A DNA stretch of 17,908 bases from Candidatus Krumholzibacteriia bacterium. GTDB taxonomy: Bacteria; Krumholzibacteriota; Krumholzibacteriia; WVZY01. The position numbers were made by a program, and so were the translations under genes. Each line of letters begins with the position of its first letter. The first letter of the stretch is position 1. The DNA is taken from the NCBI GenBank assembly GCA_046754105.1, contig JBHHVD010000067.1, positions 1 through 17,908 on the forward strand, given 5' to 3'. This document shows positions 7,774 to 17,210 of the stretch, piece after piece. Below the pieces are notes generated by a model. The model had not been told where the DNA came from. It made no database searches and saw only the letters and a list, made by a program, of their open reading frames with translations.

Positions 7774-7833
7774 CGGTCCGGGGGCCGAGCGGCCGCGGGT
7801 GAGAAACAATTGTAATCACAGGGAGCCACAAAC

Positions 7834-8514
7834 GTGATTCAGAGAATAACCGTGCGCGAGCTGTCGGATTTGACCTCGGAGAGCGTCTCGCGCATTACGC
7901 CGTACGACCGCGACGAGATGGCAATCCCGTCCTACCTGCACAAGAACCCGCTGATCCGCTGGCTGATGTGGAGGCGCTACGAGTACATCGCCGACCTGTC
8001 GCGGTTTACAAACGACATGAACGTACTGGAGTTCGGCTGCGGGTCCGGCGTGTTTCTGCCCGAGCTGGGCCGGAGCTGCAGTAAGGTCTATGCGATCGAC
8101 ATCTTTCCCGAGTACGCAAAGGCGCTCTGCGCCGCGCTCGGCCTGGGGGTTGAGTTCATCGCCGACGTCGGCGACGTGCCGGAGGGCTCACTGGACGTCA
8201 TCGTCGCCGCGGACGTGCTGGAACACATAGAGGCGGATGATCTCGTGCGCTACCTCTCGCTCTTTTCGACGCGGCTAAAGGACGACGGCCGCCTCATCAT
8301 ATCCGGTCCGACGGAGAGCAGGGTCTACCACATCGGGCGCGTCCTGGCCGGGTTTGGAGACAAGGGTGATTATCACGTGAGCAACATCCACAAGCTCATC
8401 ACGACGATCGAGAGCCGTGATTACCGCCTCGCGCGGCAGCGGACGCTGCCGTTCCGGCTGCCGCCGCACCTCTTTAAGGTGTGCGAGTTCAAGAAGAGCG
8501 GTGGGTCGGTTTGA
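7834..8514 (+). CDS. Class I SAM-dependent methyltransferase, 226 aa (GTG start)
   Basis: VLEFGCGSG, YAIDI, SLDVIVAADVLEHI and LKDDGRLIISGP. SD AGGGAG. Confidence 0.9.
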   Translation: MIQRITVRELSDLTSESVSRITPYDRDEMAIPSYLHKNPLIRWLMWRRYEYIADLSRFTNDMNVLEFGCGSGVFLPELGRSCSKVYAIDIFPEYAKALCAALGLGVEFIADVGDVPEGSLDVIVAADVLEHIEADDLVRYLSLFSTRLKDDGRLIISGPTESRVYHIGRVLAGFGDKGDYHVSNIHKLITTIESRDYRLARQRTLPFRLPPHLFKVCEFKKSGGSV

Positions 8515-9199
8515 GATTCGAGATGAGGGACGCGAGCATTACCTTGATCATGTAGTACGCGGAGCGCCCGATGGTAATGGACGATTGCCCTCCCTGGCGC
8601 TCGCGCATCTCCACCGGCACTTCCACGATGCGAAAACGGTTGCGGCTCAGGCTGATCACGGCCTCCACCTCGGGGTAGTCGCTGGGGTAGGTCTCGGCGA
8701 GGTAACGGATGGCGGCGGCGTTGTAGGCCCGAAACCCCGACGTGCTGTCGGTGACGGTGCGGCCTGTCGTGAGGCGGCTGAGCAGTCTGAACATGCCGAT
8801 GCCGACGCGCCGCATGAACGTACTCTGAAAACCTTCCCTTCCCAGAAACCGCGACCCGATGGCAACGTCCGCGCGGCCGCCGCTCACCGGCTCGAGCACG
8901 TCGGCGATCGCCGAGGCTGGGTGCTGGCCGTCGCCGTCGACCTGAAGTGCGTACTCATAACCCTTGTGGCGCGCGTAGCGAAACCCCGTTTGCACGGCGC
9001 CGCCGATGCCGAGGTTCAGCGGCAGCCGAAGGACGGCTGCTCCGAGACGGTGGGCGGTCGCGGAGGTGTCGTCGCTCGAGGCGTCGTCGACCACCACGAT
9101 GTCCGCGCGGGGCTGGTGCGTGCGGATGTCGTGGATGACGCCGGGCAGCGCCGCTTCCTCGTTGTGCGCGGGGACGATAATCAGTACCTTGTCGGCCAC
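8489..9199 (-). CDS. Glycosyltransferase family 2 (DPM1-like polyprenol-phosphate glycosyltransferase), 236 aa
   Basis: IIVPAHNEE, VVVDDASSD, NLGIGGAVQTG, QVDGDGQH, IGSRF, DSTSGFRAY and RQGGQSS. Confidence 0.93.
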   Translation of the reverse strand: MADKVLIIVPAHNEEAALPGVIHDIRTHQPRADIVVVDDASSDDTSATAHRLGAAVLRLPLNLGIGGAVQTGFRYARHKGYEYALQVDGDGQHPASAIADVLEPVSGGRADVAIGSRFLGREGFQSTFMRRVGIGMFRLLSRLTTGRTVTDSTSGFRAYNAAAIRYLAETYPSDYPEVEAVISLSRNRFRIVEVPVEMRERQGGQSSITIGRSAYYMIKVMLASLISNLKPTHRSS

Positions 9200-9205
9200 G
9201 TGCGC

Positions 9206-9592
9206 TTATTCCTCCGGCGGCGGGGGTTCCAGATCGCGCAGGCGAAGGCCGAGGATCGCCACTTCCTGCGTCAGGCGTTTGTTCTCGGTGGTCAGGCGGG
9301 AGACCACGATCGAGAAGTGGATCAGCCAGACGGATCCGAAGAATATAATGAGCAGGATCAGCAGGGCGGGTGCGTAGGCGATCCCCATGCGCTGGGCCAG
9401 CGCCTCCATGTGGTGGCGCCAGATCGAGAAATAGACGAACACGAGGGCGGCGGCGAACCAGACCAGCGAGTACTCCTCGCGCAGCTTGCCGCGGCGGATG
9501 AGTTCGACGATCCCGCCGATCAGCGCCAGGCTGGCGACGACCGAGATCACCTGAATGTGAAGGGTCTGGACGGACTCGAGTGCGTTTTCCAC
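9206..9592 (-). CDS. DUF2304 family small membrane protein, 128 aa
   Basis: Three hydrophobic helices, IRRGKLREEYSLVW, LAQRMGIAYAP and SRLTTENKRLTQEVAIL. Lies 6 bp upstream of the GT2 gene, with SD GGGAGG. Confidence 0.88.
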   Translation of the reverse strand: MENALESVQTLHIQVISVVASLALIGGIVELIRRGKLREEYSLVWFAAALVFVYFSIWRHHMEALAQRMGIAYAPALLILLIIFFGSVWLIHFSIVVSRLTTENKRLTQEVAILGLRLRDLEPPPPEE

Positions 9593-9645
9593 AGCTATCC
9601 TCCCGTGCGCGGGAAAAAATCGGCCGGGCTACGCCGGAGGCGATA

Positions 9646-9699
9646 TTCACGTACCAAAATTGGCTCTATTATTTTACCATTCGAAATCGGGTTTCTAAA
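9646..9699. promoter_or_regulatory. Divergent promoter region between DUF2304-GT2 and the flippase-like gene
   Basis: AT-rich patch. Minus strand TTTAGA (9699-9694), 17 bp, TGG-TAAAAT (9676-9671). Weaker plus-strand match TTCACG-18-TATTTT. Confidence 0.45.
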
Positions 9700-9722
9700 G
9701 CATTTTCAGGAGGTTCCGGCGC

Positions 9723-10694
9723 TTGCCCAAAAAGCTCTTATCGCTGCTGCTGCCGCTCGTCGGCCTGGCGATTTTTGCGTGGATCGTCCGTGGCACCGGT
9801 GTCGAGCGGATCGTCGATACGTTCCGCGGGGTGCGATTCGAAAAGCTGCTCTACTTCCCGCTGTTCACCGCCTACTTCGTGTGGATCCGCGGGCTCAGGT
9901 GGCACACGATCATGCGGGCGGCGGGCATCGAGTATCCCCTGTGGCGCAGCGCCGTCGTGTGGGCGGTGGGGTTTTTCGGCGCCTCGATCACGCCGGCCAA
10001 GGTGGGGGATGCGCTGCGCGCCTATTACTTGAGCCGCGACACGGGGCGGAACTTCGGGGAGTCGTTCCTGACCATCTTCGTGGACCGGTTGATGGACATG
10101 GTCATCGTTCTCATTTCGGGCGTCGTCACGCTGCTCGTGTTTTCGTACCGCTATATCCACATGTCGTCGCTTTGGCTCGTCGTCATCATGGTGGCGGGGG
10201 TCTTCGGAGCGCTCTATGCGGTGACGCGCCGCAACCTGGTAAAGACGCTGGTGGGCCCGGTGTTTCGCGCGCTGGCCCCGCGCAAGTACCACGACGAGCT
10301 GAGTCTCCATTTCAACAGCTTTTACGATTCGCTGCGCGCCTGCGCCCGCGATCGCAAGCGCATGGCGGCTGCTTTCGTCTACGCGCTGCTGTTCTGGACC
10401 GGTGTCGTGTTCCTGGCCTTCTCGGTCACGCGTATTCTGGGCATCGCGGTGCCGCTCGGCTACGTCCTCATTATGATGCCGACCGTGACCCTGGTCGAGC
10501 TGATCCCCATTTCGGTCTCGGGGTTGGGCACGCGGGAGGCGGCGGTGATTTATTTCTTCTCGGTGGTCGGGATCGCAAGCGCGCAGGCGGTCGGGTTTTC
10601 GATCACCTATCTCCTGGTCGGCACCTACCTCACCGCGCTCGTGGGGTTCGTGGCGTGGCTCTTCAAACCGGCCCGTCTCAGCCAGGGCCTGTAG
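9723..10694 (+). CDS. Lysylphosphatidylglycerol synthase TM-domain (UPF0104, flippase-like) membrane protein, 323 aa (TTG start)
   Basis: Multi-pass hydrophobic protein with LRW, ITPAKVGDALRAYYL, VDRLMD and IPISVSGLGTRE family motifs. SD AGGAGG. Confidence 0.9.
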   Translation: MPKKLLSLLLPLVGLAIFAWIVRGTGVERIVDTFRGVRFEKLLYFPLFTAYFVWIRGLRWHTIMRAAGIEYPLWRSAVVWAVGFFGASITPAKVGDALRAYYLSRDTGRNFGESFLTIFVDRLMDMVIVLISGVVTLLVFSYRYIHMSSLWLVVIMVAGVFGALYAVTRRNLVKTLVGPVFRALAPRKYHDELSLHFNSFYDSLRACARDRKRMAAAFVYALLFWTGVVFLAFSVTRILGIAVPLGYVLIMMPTVTLVELIPISVSGLGTREAAVIYFFSVVGIASAQAVGFSITYLLVGTYLTALVGFVAWLFKPARLSQGL

Positions 10695-10707
10695 CCGGCG
10701 GTCGTGG

Positions 10708-12066
10708 ATGATGAAGCGCTCCCCGTGGCAAGAAGAGGTACTGGCGGCAGGCGAGCTCTACGCCGTCGGCGGTGCGGTGCGCGACGCGCTGATGGGCCGG
10801 GCGCCCGGCGAAGAGGATTTCCTGGTCCGAGGCCTCACACCGGAGCGACTGATGGCGATCCTTGGAAAACACGGCAAGGTCGCCCTGGTCGGGAAGTCGT
10901 TCGGTGTCTTCAAATTTCGGCCGGCCGCGGGCGGCCATGCGGTCGACGTCGCATTCCCGCGCCGCGAACTCTCCACCGGCCCGGGGCACCGGGACTTCGA
11001 CGTCGCCTTCGACCCGTCGCTGCCGGTCGAGGCGGACCTGGGGCGCCGCGACTTTACGATGAACGCGGTGGCCCGGAACCTGGCGGACGGATCGCTCGTC
11101 GACCCGCACGGCGGGCGGCGCGACATCGAGCGGCGGGTGGTGCGGATGATCTTCGGGGCGGCGTTTGCCGAGGATGCCCTGCGGATTCTGCGCGGCATCC
11201 GTCTCGCGGCCCGCCTGGGTTTTGATATCGAAAAAAAGACGCTGGCCGCGATGGCGCGCGACAGCGCCCTGCTGCAAACCCTCAGCGCCGAGCGCGTGCA
11301 GGAGGAGCTCAACAAGCTCCTGTCCGAATGCGACCGCCCGAGCGTGGGGCTGGAGCGCATGTACGAGACCGGCGCGCTGGCGATCGTGTTGCCCGAGCTG
11401 GCGCGAGCACACGGCGTGGAGCAGAACGAGTACCACCCGGACGACGTCTTCCACCACAGTGTCAAGTCATGCGACAACGCGCCGCGCGACAATTTGCTCG
11501 TGCGCTGGGCGGCGCTCCTGCACGACGTGGGCAAGGTCGACAAAAAACAGGTGATCACAGAGGAGGGCGCCGAACCGCGCGTCGTCTTCTACGGTCACGA
11601 GAAGACGAGCGCCGAGATGACCGGCGCCGTTCTCGCCCGCTTACGTTTCGCCGGCGACTTCCGGAGGCGCTGCGTGCACCTGGTCGCCGAGCACATGTTC
11701 TACTACCAGCCCGAGTGGAAGCGCAGCACGCTGCGGCGCTTCATCCGCACGGTGGGACCCGAGAACCTCGACGACCTGTTTCTCCTCAGGCGGGCGGACC
11801 TGCTGTCGCGGGAGTTGGGCGGGGAGCTTCCCGGCCTCGACGACCTGCGCCGGCGCATCCAGCAAGAGCTGGACGCCGAACACGCCTTCAAGGTCTCGGA
11901 CCTGGCCGTGGACGGGCAGGACGTCATGCGCGTGCTGGGGCTCGGCGAGGGGGAGCGCGTGGGCACCATCCTCGAGGCGCTCTTCGAACGGGTCCTCGAC
12001 GAGCCGCGGCTCAACCAGCGGGAAACGCTACTGGCGATGATGGAGAAGGATTTCGGGGGAAAATAG
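10708..12066 (+). CDS. cca: Class II tRNA nucleotidyltransferase (CCA-adding-like) with HD domain, 452 aa
   Basis: YAVGGAVRD, VGKSFGVF, DLGRRDFTMNA, DPHGG, EDALRILRGIR, SAERVQEE, QNEYH...HH and LLHDVGK. Motif A reads ExD. Confidence 0.88.
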   Translation: MMKRSPWQEEVLAAGELYAVGGAVRDALMGRAPGEEDFLVRGLTPERLMAILGKHGKVALVGKSFGVFKFRPAAGGHAVDVAFPRRELSTGPGHRDFDVAFDPSLPVEADLGRRDFTMNAVARNLADGSLVDPHGGRRDIERRVVRMIFGAAFAEDALRILRGIRLAARLGFDIEKKTLAAMARDSALLQTLSAERVQEELNKLLSECDRPSVGLERMYETGALAIVLPELARAHGVEQNEYHPDDVFHHSVKSCDNAPRDNLLVRWAALLHDVGKVDKKQVITEEGAEPRVVFYGHEKTSAEMTGAVLARLRFAGDFRRRCVHLVAEHMFYYQPEWKRSTLRRFIRTVGPENLDDLFLLRRADLLSRELGGELPGLDDLRRRIQQELDAEHAFKVSDLAVDGQDVMRVLGLGEGERVGTILEALFERVLDEPRLNQRETLLAMMEKDFGGK

Positions 12067-12067
12067 A

Positions 12068-12102
12068 AAGCCCCTGCAAGTGGGTGTCAGGGGATTCTTT
12101 TT
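12068..12102. terminator. Possible bidirectional intrinsic terminator after cca
   Basis: Stem CCCCTG/CAGGGG followed by ATTCTTTTT on plus and CTTTCTATTTT on minus. The loop is large (11 nt). Confidence 0.45.
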
Positions 12103-12318
12103 GGAGGATCCAAAAAGTCGAGTAAGTGCTTGGGGCAAAACTCTCCTCGCAGAAGCTTTCTATACCTGTAAATAAGGAACGCGGTTAACGGTTGTCAATG
12201 AAAATATTTCCTGGGGGAATCGCCGGCAATCGTATAACTTTAACGTAGGATCGCCCGTAGGTAGGGAAAAGGCCGATTCCGATGGAGAGGGGTGCCGTGT
12301 GGCGCGGGAGCCGTTTGT

Positions 12319-12627
12319 ATGCTGGACGACCAGAAATTTGTTGCCAAATTGAACCAGATTTCCCGGAGCCACGGGCGCAAGCTGCCCGTGTTGCGGGGGG
12401 GTGAGACGCCGTCCGGAGAGTTCCTGGACGACTGGGCGCGGTTCCTGGAGAACTGCGTGAAGGGGGGCATCCCGTTGTCCGACCCGCGCTGGCAGCGGAT
12501 CGGCGCGCGGGACGAGGGGGGCTACACCCATTTCATGCTGGAACTGGAAGAGGGGGGCGAGCAGGACCCCGATTTTCGGGTCGGCCTGCAGCTCCTCATG
12601 GGGATCCTGGAGAACGACGACGAGTGA
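12319..12627 (+). CDS. Hypothetical protein, 102 aa
   Basis: ATG at 12319 with SD GGGAG 8 nt upstream. GC3-rich codon usage matches neighbouring genes. No family recognised. Confidence 0.7.
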   Translation: MLDDQKFVAKLNQISRSHGRKLPVLRGGETPSGEFLDDWARFLENCVKGGIPLSDPRWQRIGARDEGGYTHFMLELEEGGEQDPDFRVGLQLLMGILENDDE

Positions 12628-12631
12628 CACG

Positions 12632-12668
12632 AACTGCCACAATGGCAGTTATCCTGCCGATTCGGCCA
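12632..12668. promoter_or_regulatory. Tandem palindromes, candidate enhancer (UAS) upstream of dnaK
   Basis: Perfect AACTGCCA-CAA-TGGCAGTT (12632-12650) and an imperfect second copy TGCCGATTCGGCC 20 bp downstream. Confidence 0.5.
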
Positions 12669-12752
12669 CCTATCAGCGTGCCGGCCCACGGGCTTACAAC
12701 CGTAAACACCATAACTGCTTGGTACACAATCACGTACAGTTTTGTCGCCGGC

Positions 12753-12768
12753 TGGCACGTGACTTGAT
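12753..12768 (+). promoter_or_regulatory. Sigma54-like -24/-12 promoter for dnaK
   Basis: TGGCACG-TGAC-TTGAT versus consensus TGGCACG-N4-TTGCW. One mismatch (GA at -12) with exact N10 spacing. Confidence 0.55.
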
Positions 12769-12883
12769 CTAGTGTAGCGCGGGACCCGTGCCGGGGTCAC
12801 CGGCACGGCCGGGGCAGAACCCGGTTTGCGGGCTCCGGCGTACCACCACGAACAGACGAAATCTTACGACGAGAGGATCCATC

Positions 12884-14842
<1,959 letters not shown>

Positions 14843-14877
14843 GCGTGCGGGGCCTGCGGGTGAAGTTTCGTGTCGCG

Positions 14878-14920
14878 CGCGGCGCCCCGGCGGGCGCTGC
14901 GGGTGCCGCGGTTTCTCTTT
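14878..14920 (+). terminator. Intrinsic terminator after dnaK
   Basis: GC stem CGCGGCGCCC/GGGTGCCGCG followed by GTTTCTCTTT. Confidence 0.6.
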
Positions 14921-14924
14921 GCCC

Positions 14925-14956
14925 TTGACCCACCGCTCGAAAAGGCATATATCTAT
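14925..14956 (+). promoter_or_regulatory. Probable sigma70 promoter for tRNA-Val/thrS
   Basis: TTGACC (14925-14930), 17 bp, TATATC within an AT-rich stretch. The -10 element is imperfect. Confidence 0.45.
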
Positions 14957-14983
14957 TTGAAAAATACAGCGTTGTAGCAATGT

Positions 14984-15060
14984 GGGCGATTAGCTCAGCT
15001 GGTTAGAGTACCTGCTCGACACGCAGGGGGTCACTGGTTCAAGTCCAGTATCGCCCACCA
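14984..15060 (+). tRNA. tRNA-Val(GAC), 77 nt, CCA encoded
   Basis: Acceptor GGGCGAT/ATCGCCC, D arm GCTC/GAGT, anticodon arm CCTGC-TCGACAC-GCAGG, T arm ACTGG-TTCAAGT-CCAGT, and 3' ACCA. Confidence 0.97.
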
Positions 15061-15131
15061 TTCGCCGCACCGCCTTTCCAAGGCCGGTGCCGCGTTCGTT
15101 TTGCAACCATACCTTTCCCGGTCCTCGAGAC

Positions 15132-17054
15132 ATGGTTCAGATTACACTTCCAGACGGCGCCAAAAAGCGTTTTTCGGACGACGAAGTTGCCGTCAAGGAC
15201 ATCGTGGCGTCCCTGGGCGAGGTGTGGCAGCGCAACGCGGTGGCGGCCGAGTTCGACGGCCGTGTCATCGACCTGCACGCCGGGGTCAGCGGCGAAGGGG
15301 GGTTTCGCGTCCTGGGCGAAAAAGACCGTGCGAGCCTCGACGTGCTGCGGCACACGACGTCGCACGTGCTCGCGCACGCCGTGCAGGAGCTTTTTCCGGA
15401 CGCCAAGTTTGCCATCGGTCCGCCGATCGCCGACGGTTTCTACTACGATTTCGACGTCGCAGACCCGTTTACACCGGAGGATCTCGAGCGCATCGAAAAA
15501 CGTATGCGCGAGATCCTCAAGCGCAAGCCCGCGATCCATCACGAGGTGTGGGACCGGGACAAGGCCGTGCGGTACTTCGAGGAAAAGGGGCAGCCCTACA
15601 AAGTCGAGCTCATCGAGGACCTCGGTGAAGACCGCGTGTCGATGTACGTGCTGGGCGGTTTTACCGACCTGTGCGCGGGGCCGCACCTCGCCGACACCCG
15701 CCGCATCAAGAGTTTCAAGGTGCTCAATTCGGCCGGCGCCTACTGGCGCGGCGACTCGACACGCACCATGTTGCAGCGGATCTATGCCACCGCGTTTTTC
15801 AAGAAGAAGGACCTCGACGAACACCTTACGAGGCGTGAAGAAGCCGAGAAACGCGACCACCGCAAGCTGGGCAAGGCGCTCGACCTCTTCGAAGTACGGG
15901 AGGAGGCGGGGGGCGGGCTCGTCTTCTGGTACCCGAAGGGCGCGGTGATCCGCGACGTGGTGGAGCGCTACCTCAAGGCGGAAAACCTCCGGCGGGGATA
16001 CCAGATGGTGTTTACCCCGCACGTGGCGCGCGCGGAGTTGTGGCGCACGTCGGGGCACTACGATTACTACCACGACAACATGTACACCATGGGCGTGGAC
16101 GACCAGGAATACGTCTTGAAACCCATGAATTGCCCGGGGCACATCCTGGTGTACAAACGGCGGCTGTACAGTTTTCGCGAGCTGCCGGTGCGCCTGGCCG
16201 AAATGGGGACCGTTTACCGGCGCGAGCTATCCGGAACGCTGCACGGCTTGCTGCGGGTGAGGGGCTTTACCCAGGACGACGCGCACATCTTTTGTACCCC
16301 GGAGCAGGTCGGCGAGGAGATCCACAATACGCTCGGCTTTGCGATCGACGTGCTGTCCGGCTGTGGCTTCGATAGCTTCGCGCTGGAGCTGAGCGTGCGC
16401 GACCCCCGGGACCCGGGCAAGTACGCCGGGGCGCCCGAGGAATGGGACCACGCCGAAGGGGCCCTCGAGCAGGCGATCCAGCGCCGCGGCATGGATTACA
16501 AGCGCATGGAAGGGGAGGCGGTTTTCTACGGGCCGAAGATCGATATCAAGGTCATCGACGCCATCGGGCGCCCCTGGCAACTGAGCACCGTACAATTCGA
16601 CTTCAACCTGCCGAAGCGCTTCGATATCCAATACGTGGCGAGCGGCGGCGAGCGGCGGCAGGTGGTAATGGTACACCGCGCTCTCCTCGGGTCCATCGAG
16701 CGTTTCGTGGGCATCCTGACCGAGCACTTCGCGGGGGCCTTCCCCCTGTGGCTCGCACCGGTGCAGGTCCTGGTGCTGCCCATCTCGGCGCAAGACCCCG
16801 ACTACGCAGAGTCGGTGCGTCGGCGGCTGGTCGAGAGTGGTCTGAGGGCCGAGGTCGATGCGCGCGACGAGAAGATCGGATACCGGATACGGGGCGCCGA
16901 GCTGCAGAAGGTCCCCTACATGGCCGTCGTGGGCAAGAGGGAGGCGGAGGAAGGCACGGTGTCCGTGCGCAGCCACGCCGACGGTGACCGGGGCAGCCGG
17001 CCGCTGGCGGATTTCATCGATGAAATAGTTGACGAAGCGGCCCTGGGGCGCTAA
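15132..17054 (+). CDS. thrS: Threonine--tRNA ligase, 640 aa
   Basis: MVQITLPDG (TGS domain), RHTTSHVLA and DLCAGPH (editing domain), RDHRKLG, KPMNCPGH, RVRGFTQDDAHIF, FYGPKID and GAFPLWLAPVQV. Confidence 0.98.
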   Translation: MVQITLPDGAKKRFSDDEVAVKDIVASLGEVWQRNAVAAEFDGRVIDLHAGVSGEGGFRVLGEKDRASLDVLRHTTSHVLAHAVQELFPDAKFAIGPPIADGFYYDFDVADPFTPEDLERIEKRMREILKRKPAIHHEVWDRDKAVRYFEEKGQPYKVELIEDLGEDRVSMYVLGGFTDLCAGPHLADTRRIKSFKVLNSAGAYWRGDSTRTMLQRIYATAFFKKKDLDEHLTRREEAEKRDHRKLGKALDLFEVREEAGGGLVFWYPKGAVIRDVVERYLKAENLRRGYQMVFTPHVARAELWRTSGHYDYYHDNMYTMGVDDQEYVLKPMNCPGHILVYKRRLYSFRELPVRLAEMGTVYRRELSGTLHGLLRVRGFTQDDAHIFCTPEQVGEEIHNTLGFAIDVLSGCGFDSFALELSVRDPRDPGKYAGAPEEWDHAEGALEQAIQRRGMDYKRMEGEAVFYGPKIDIKVIDAIGRPWQLSTVQFDFNLPKRFDIQYVASGGERRQVVMVHRALLGSIERFVGILTEHFAGAFPLWLAPVQVLVLPISAQDPDYAESVRRRLVESGLRAEVDARDEKIGYRIRGAELQKVPYMAVVGKREAEEGTVSVRSHADGDRGSRPLADFIDEIVDEAALGR

Positions 17055-17057
17055 GAT
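17029..17057 (+). promoter_or_regulatory. Sigma70 promoter for infC embedded in the 3' end of thrS
   Basis: TTGACG (17029-17034), 17 bp, TAAGAT (17052-17057). The -10 overlaps the thrS stop codon, and the predicted TSS near 17063-17064 coincides with the start of the leader structure. Confidence 0.8.
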
Positions 17058-17063
17058 GAGGTC

Positions 17064-17132
17064 AACAGAACGGTGATCAAGAAGGGACGCGGTCCCTCAC
17101 CTTCCGTCGCAAGGTCGGCAAGGTTTTCTGTT
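17064..17132 (+). ncRNA. L20-leader-like ribosomal protein leader (cis-regulatory RNA)
   Basis: Three-way junction: AACAGAA/TTCTGTT closing stem, AGGGAC-GCG-GTCCCT hairpin, and ACCTT...GCAA loop...AAGGT hairpin. Located upstream of infC and followed by a terminator. Confidence 0.7.
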
Positions 17133-17154
17133 CAGGTCTGATCGTGCGGTCAGT

Positions 17155-17184
17155 GGACGGATGCCTTGGGCATTCGTTTTTTTT
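17155..17184 (+). terminator. Intrinsic terminator/attenuator in the infC leader
   Basis: GGACGGATGCC-TTG-GGCATTCG followed by T8. Confidence 0.85.
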
Positions 17185-17210
17185 GTGCACTAGCAGGAGG
17201 TTCGGCGGCA

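Noticed and set aside
8417..10711. 764-aa plus-strand ORF
   Set aside because: Runs antisense to GT2 and DUF2304 and out of frame through the flippase-like gene. It is Arg/Gly/His-rich with no motifs, a high-GC artefact.
12628..12883. CIRCE or sigma32 elements before dnaK
   Set aside because: No TTAGCACTC-N9-GAGTGCTAA and no convincing CTTGAA-N13/14-CCCCAT match.
14984..15060. tRNA as integration site of a mobile element
   Set aside because: No integrase and no duplicated tRNA 3' end seen, and the flanks are housekeeping genes.
15061..15131. T-box or tRNA-mimic operator upstream of thrS
   Set aside because: Only 71 bp, with no T-box consensus, terminator or convincing Thr-anticodon-like hairpin.
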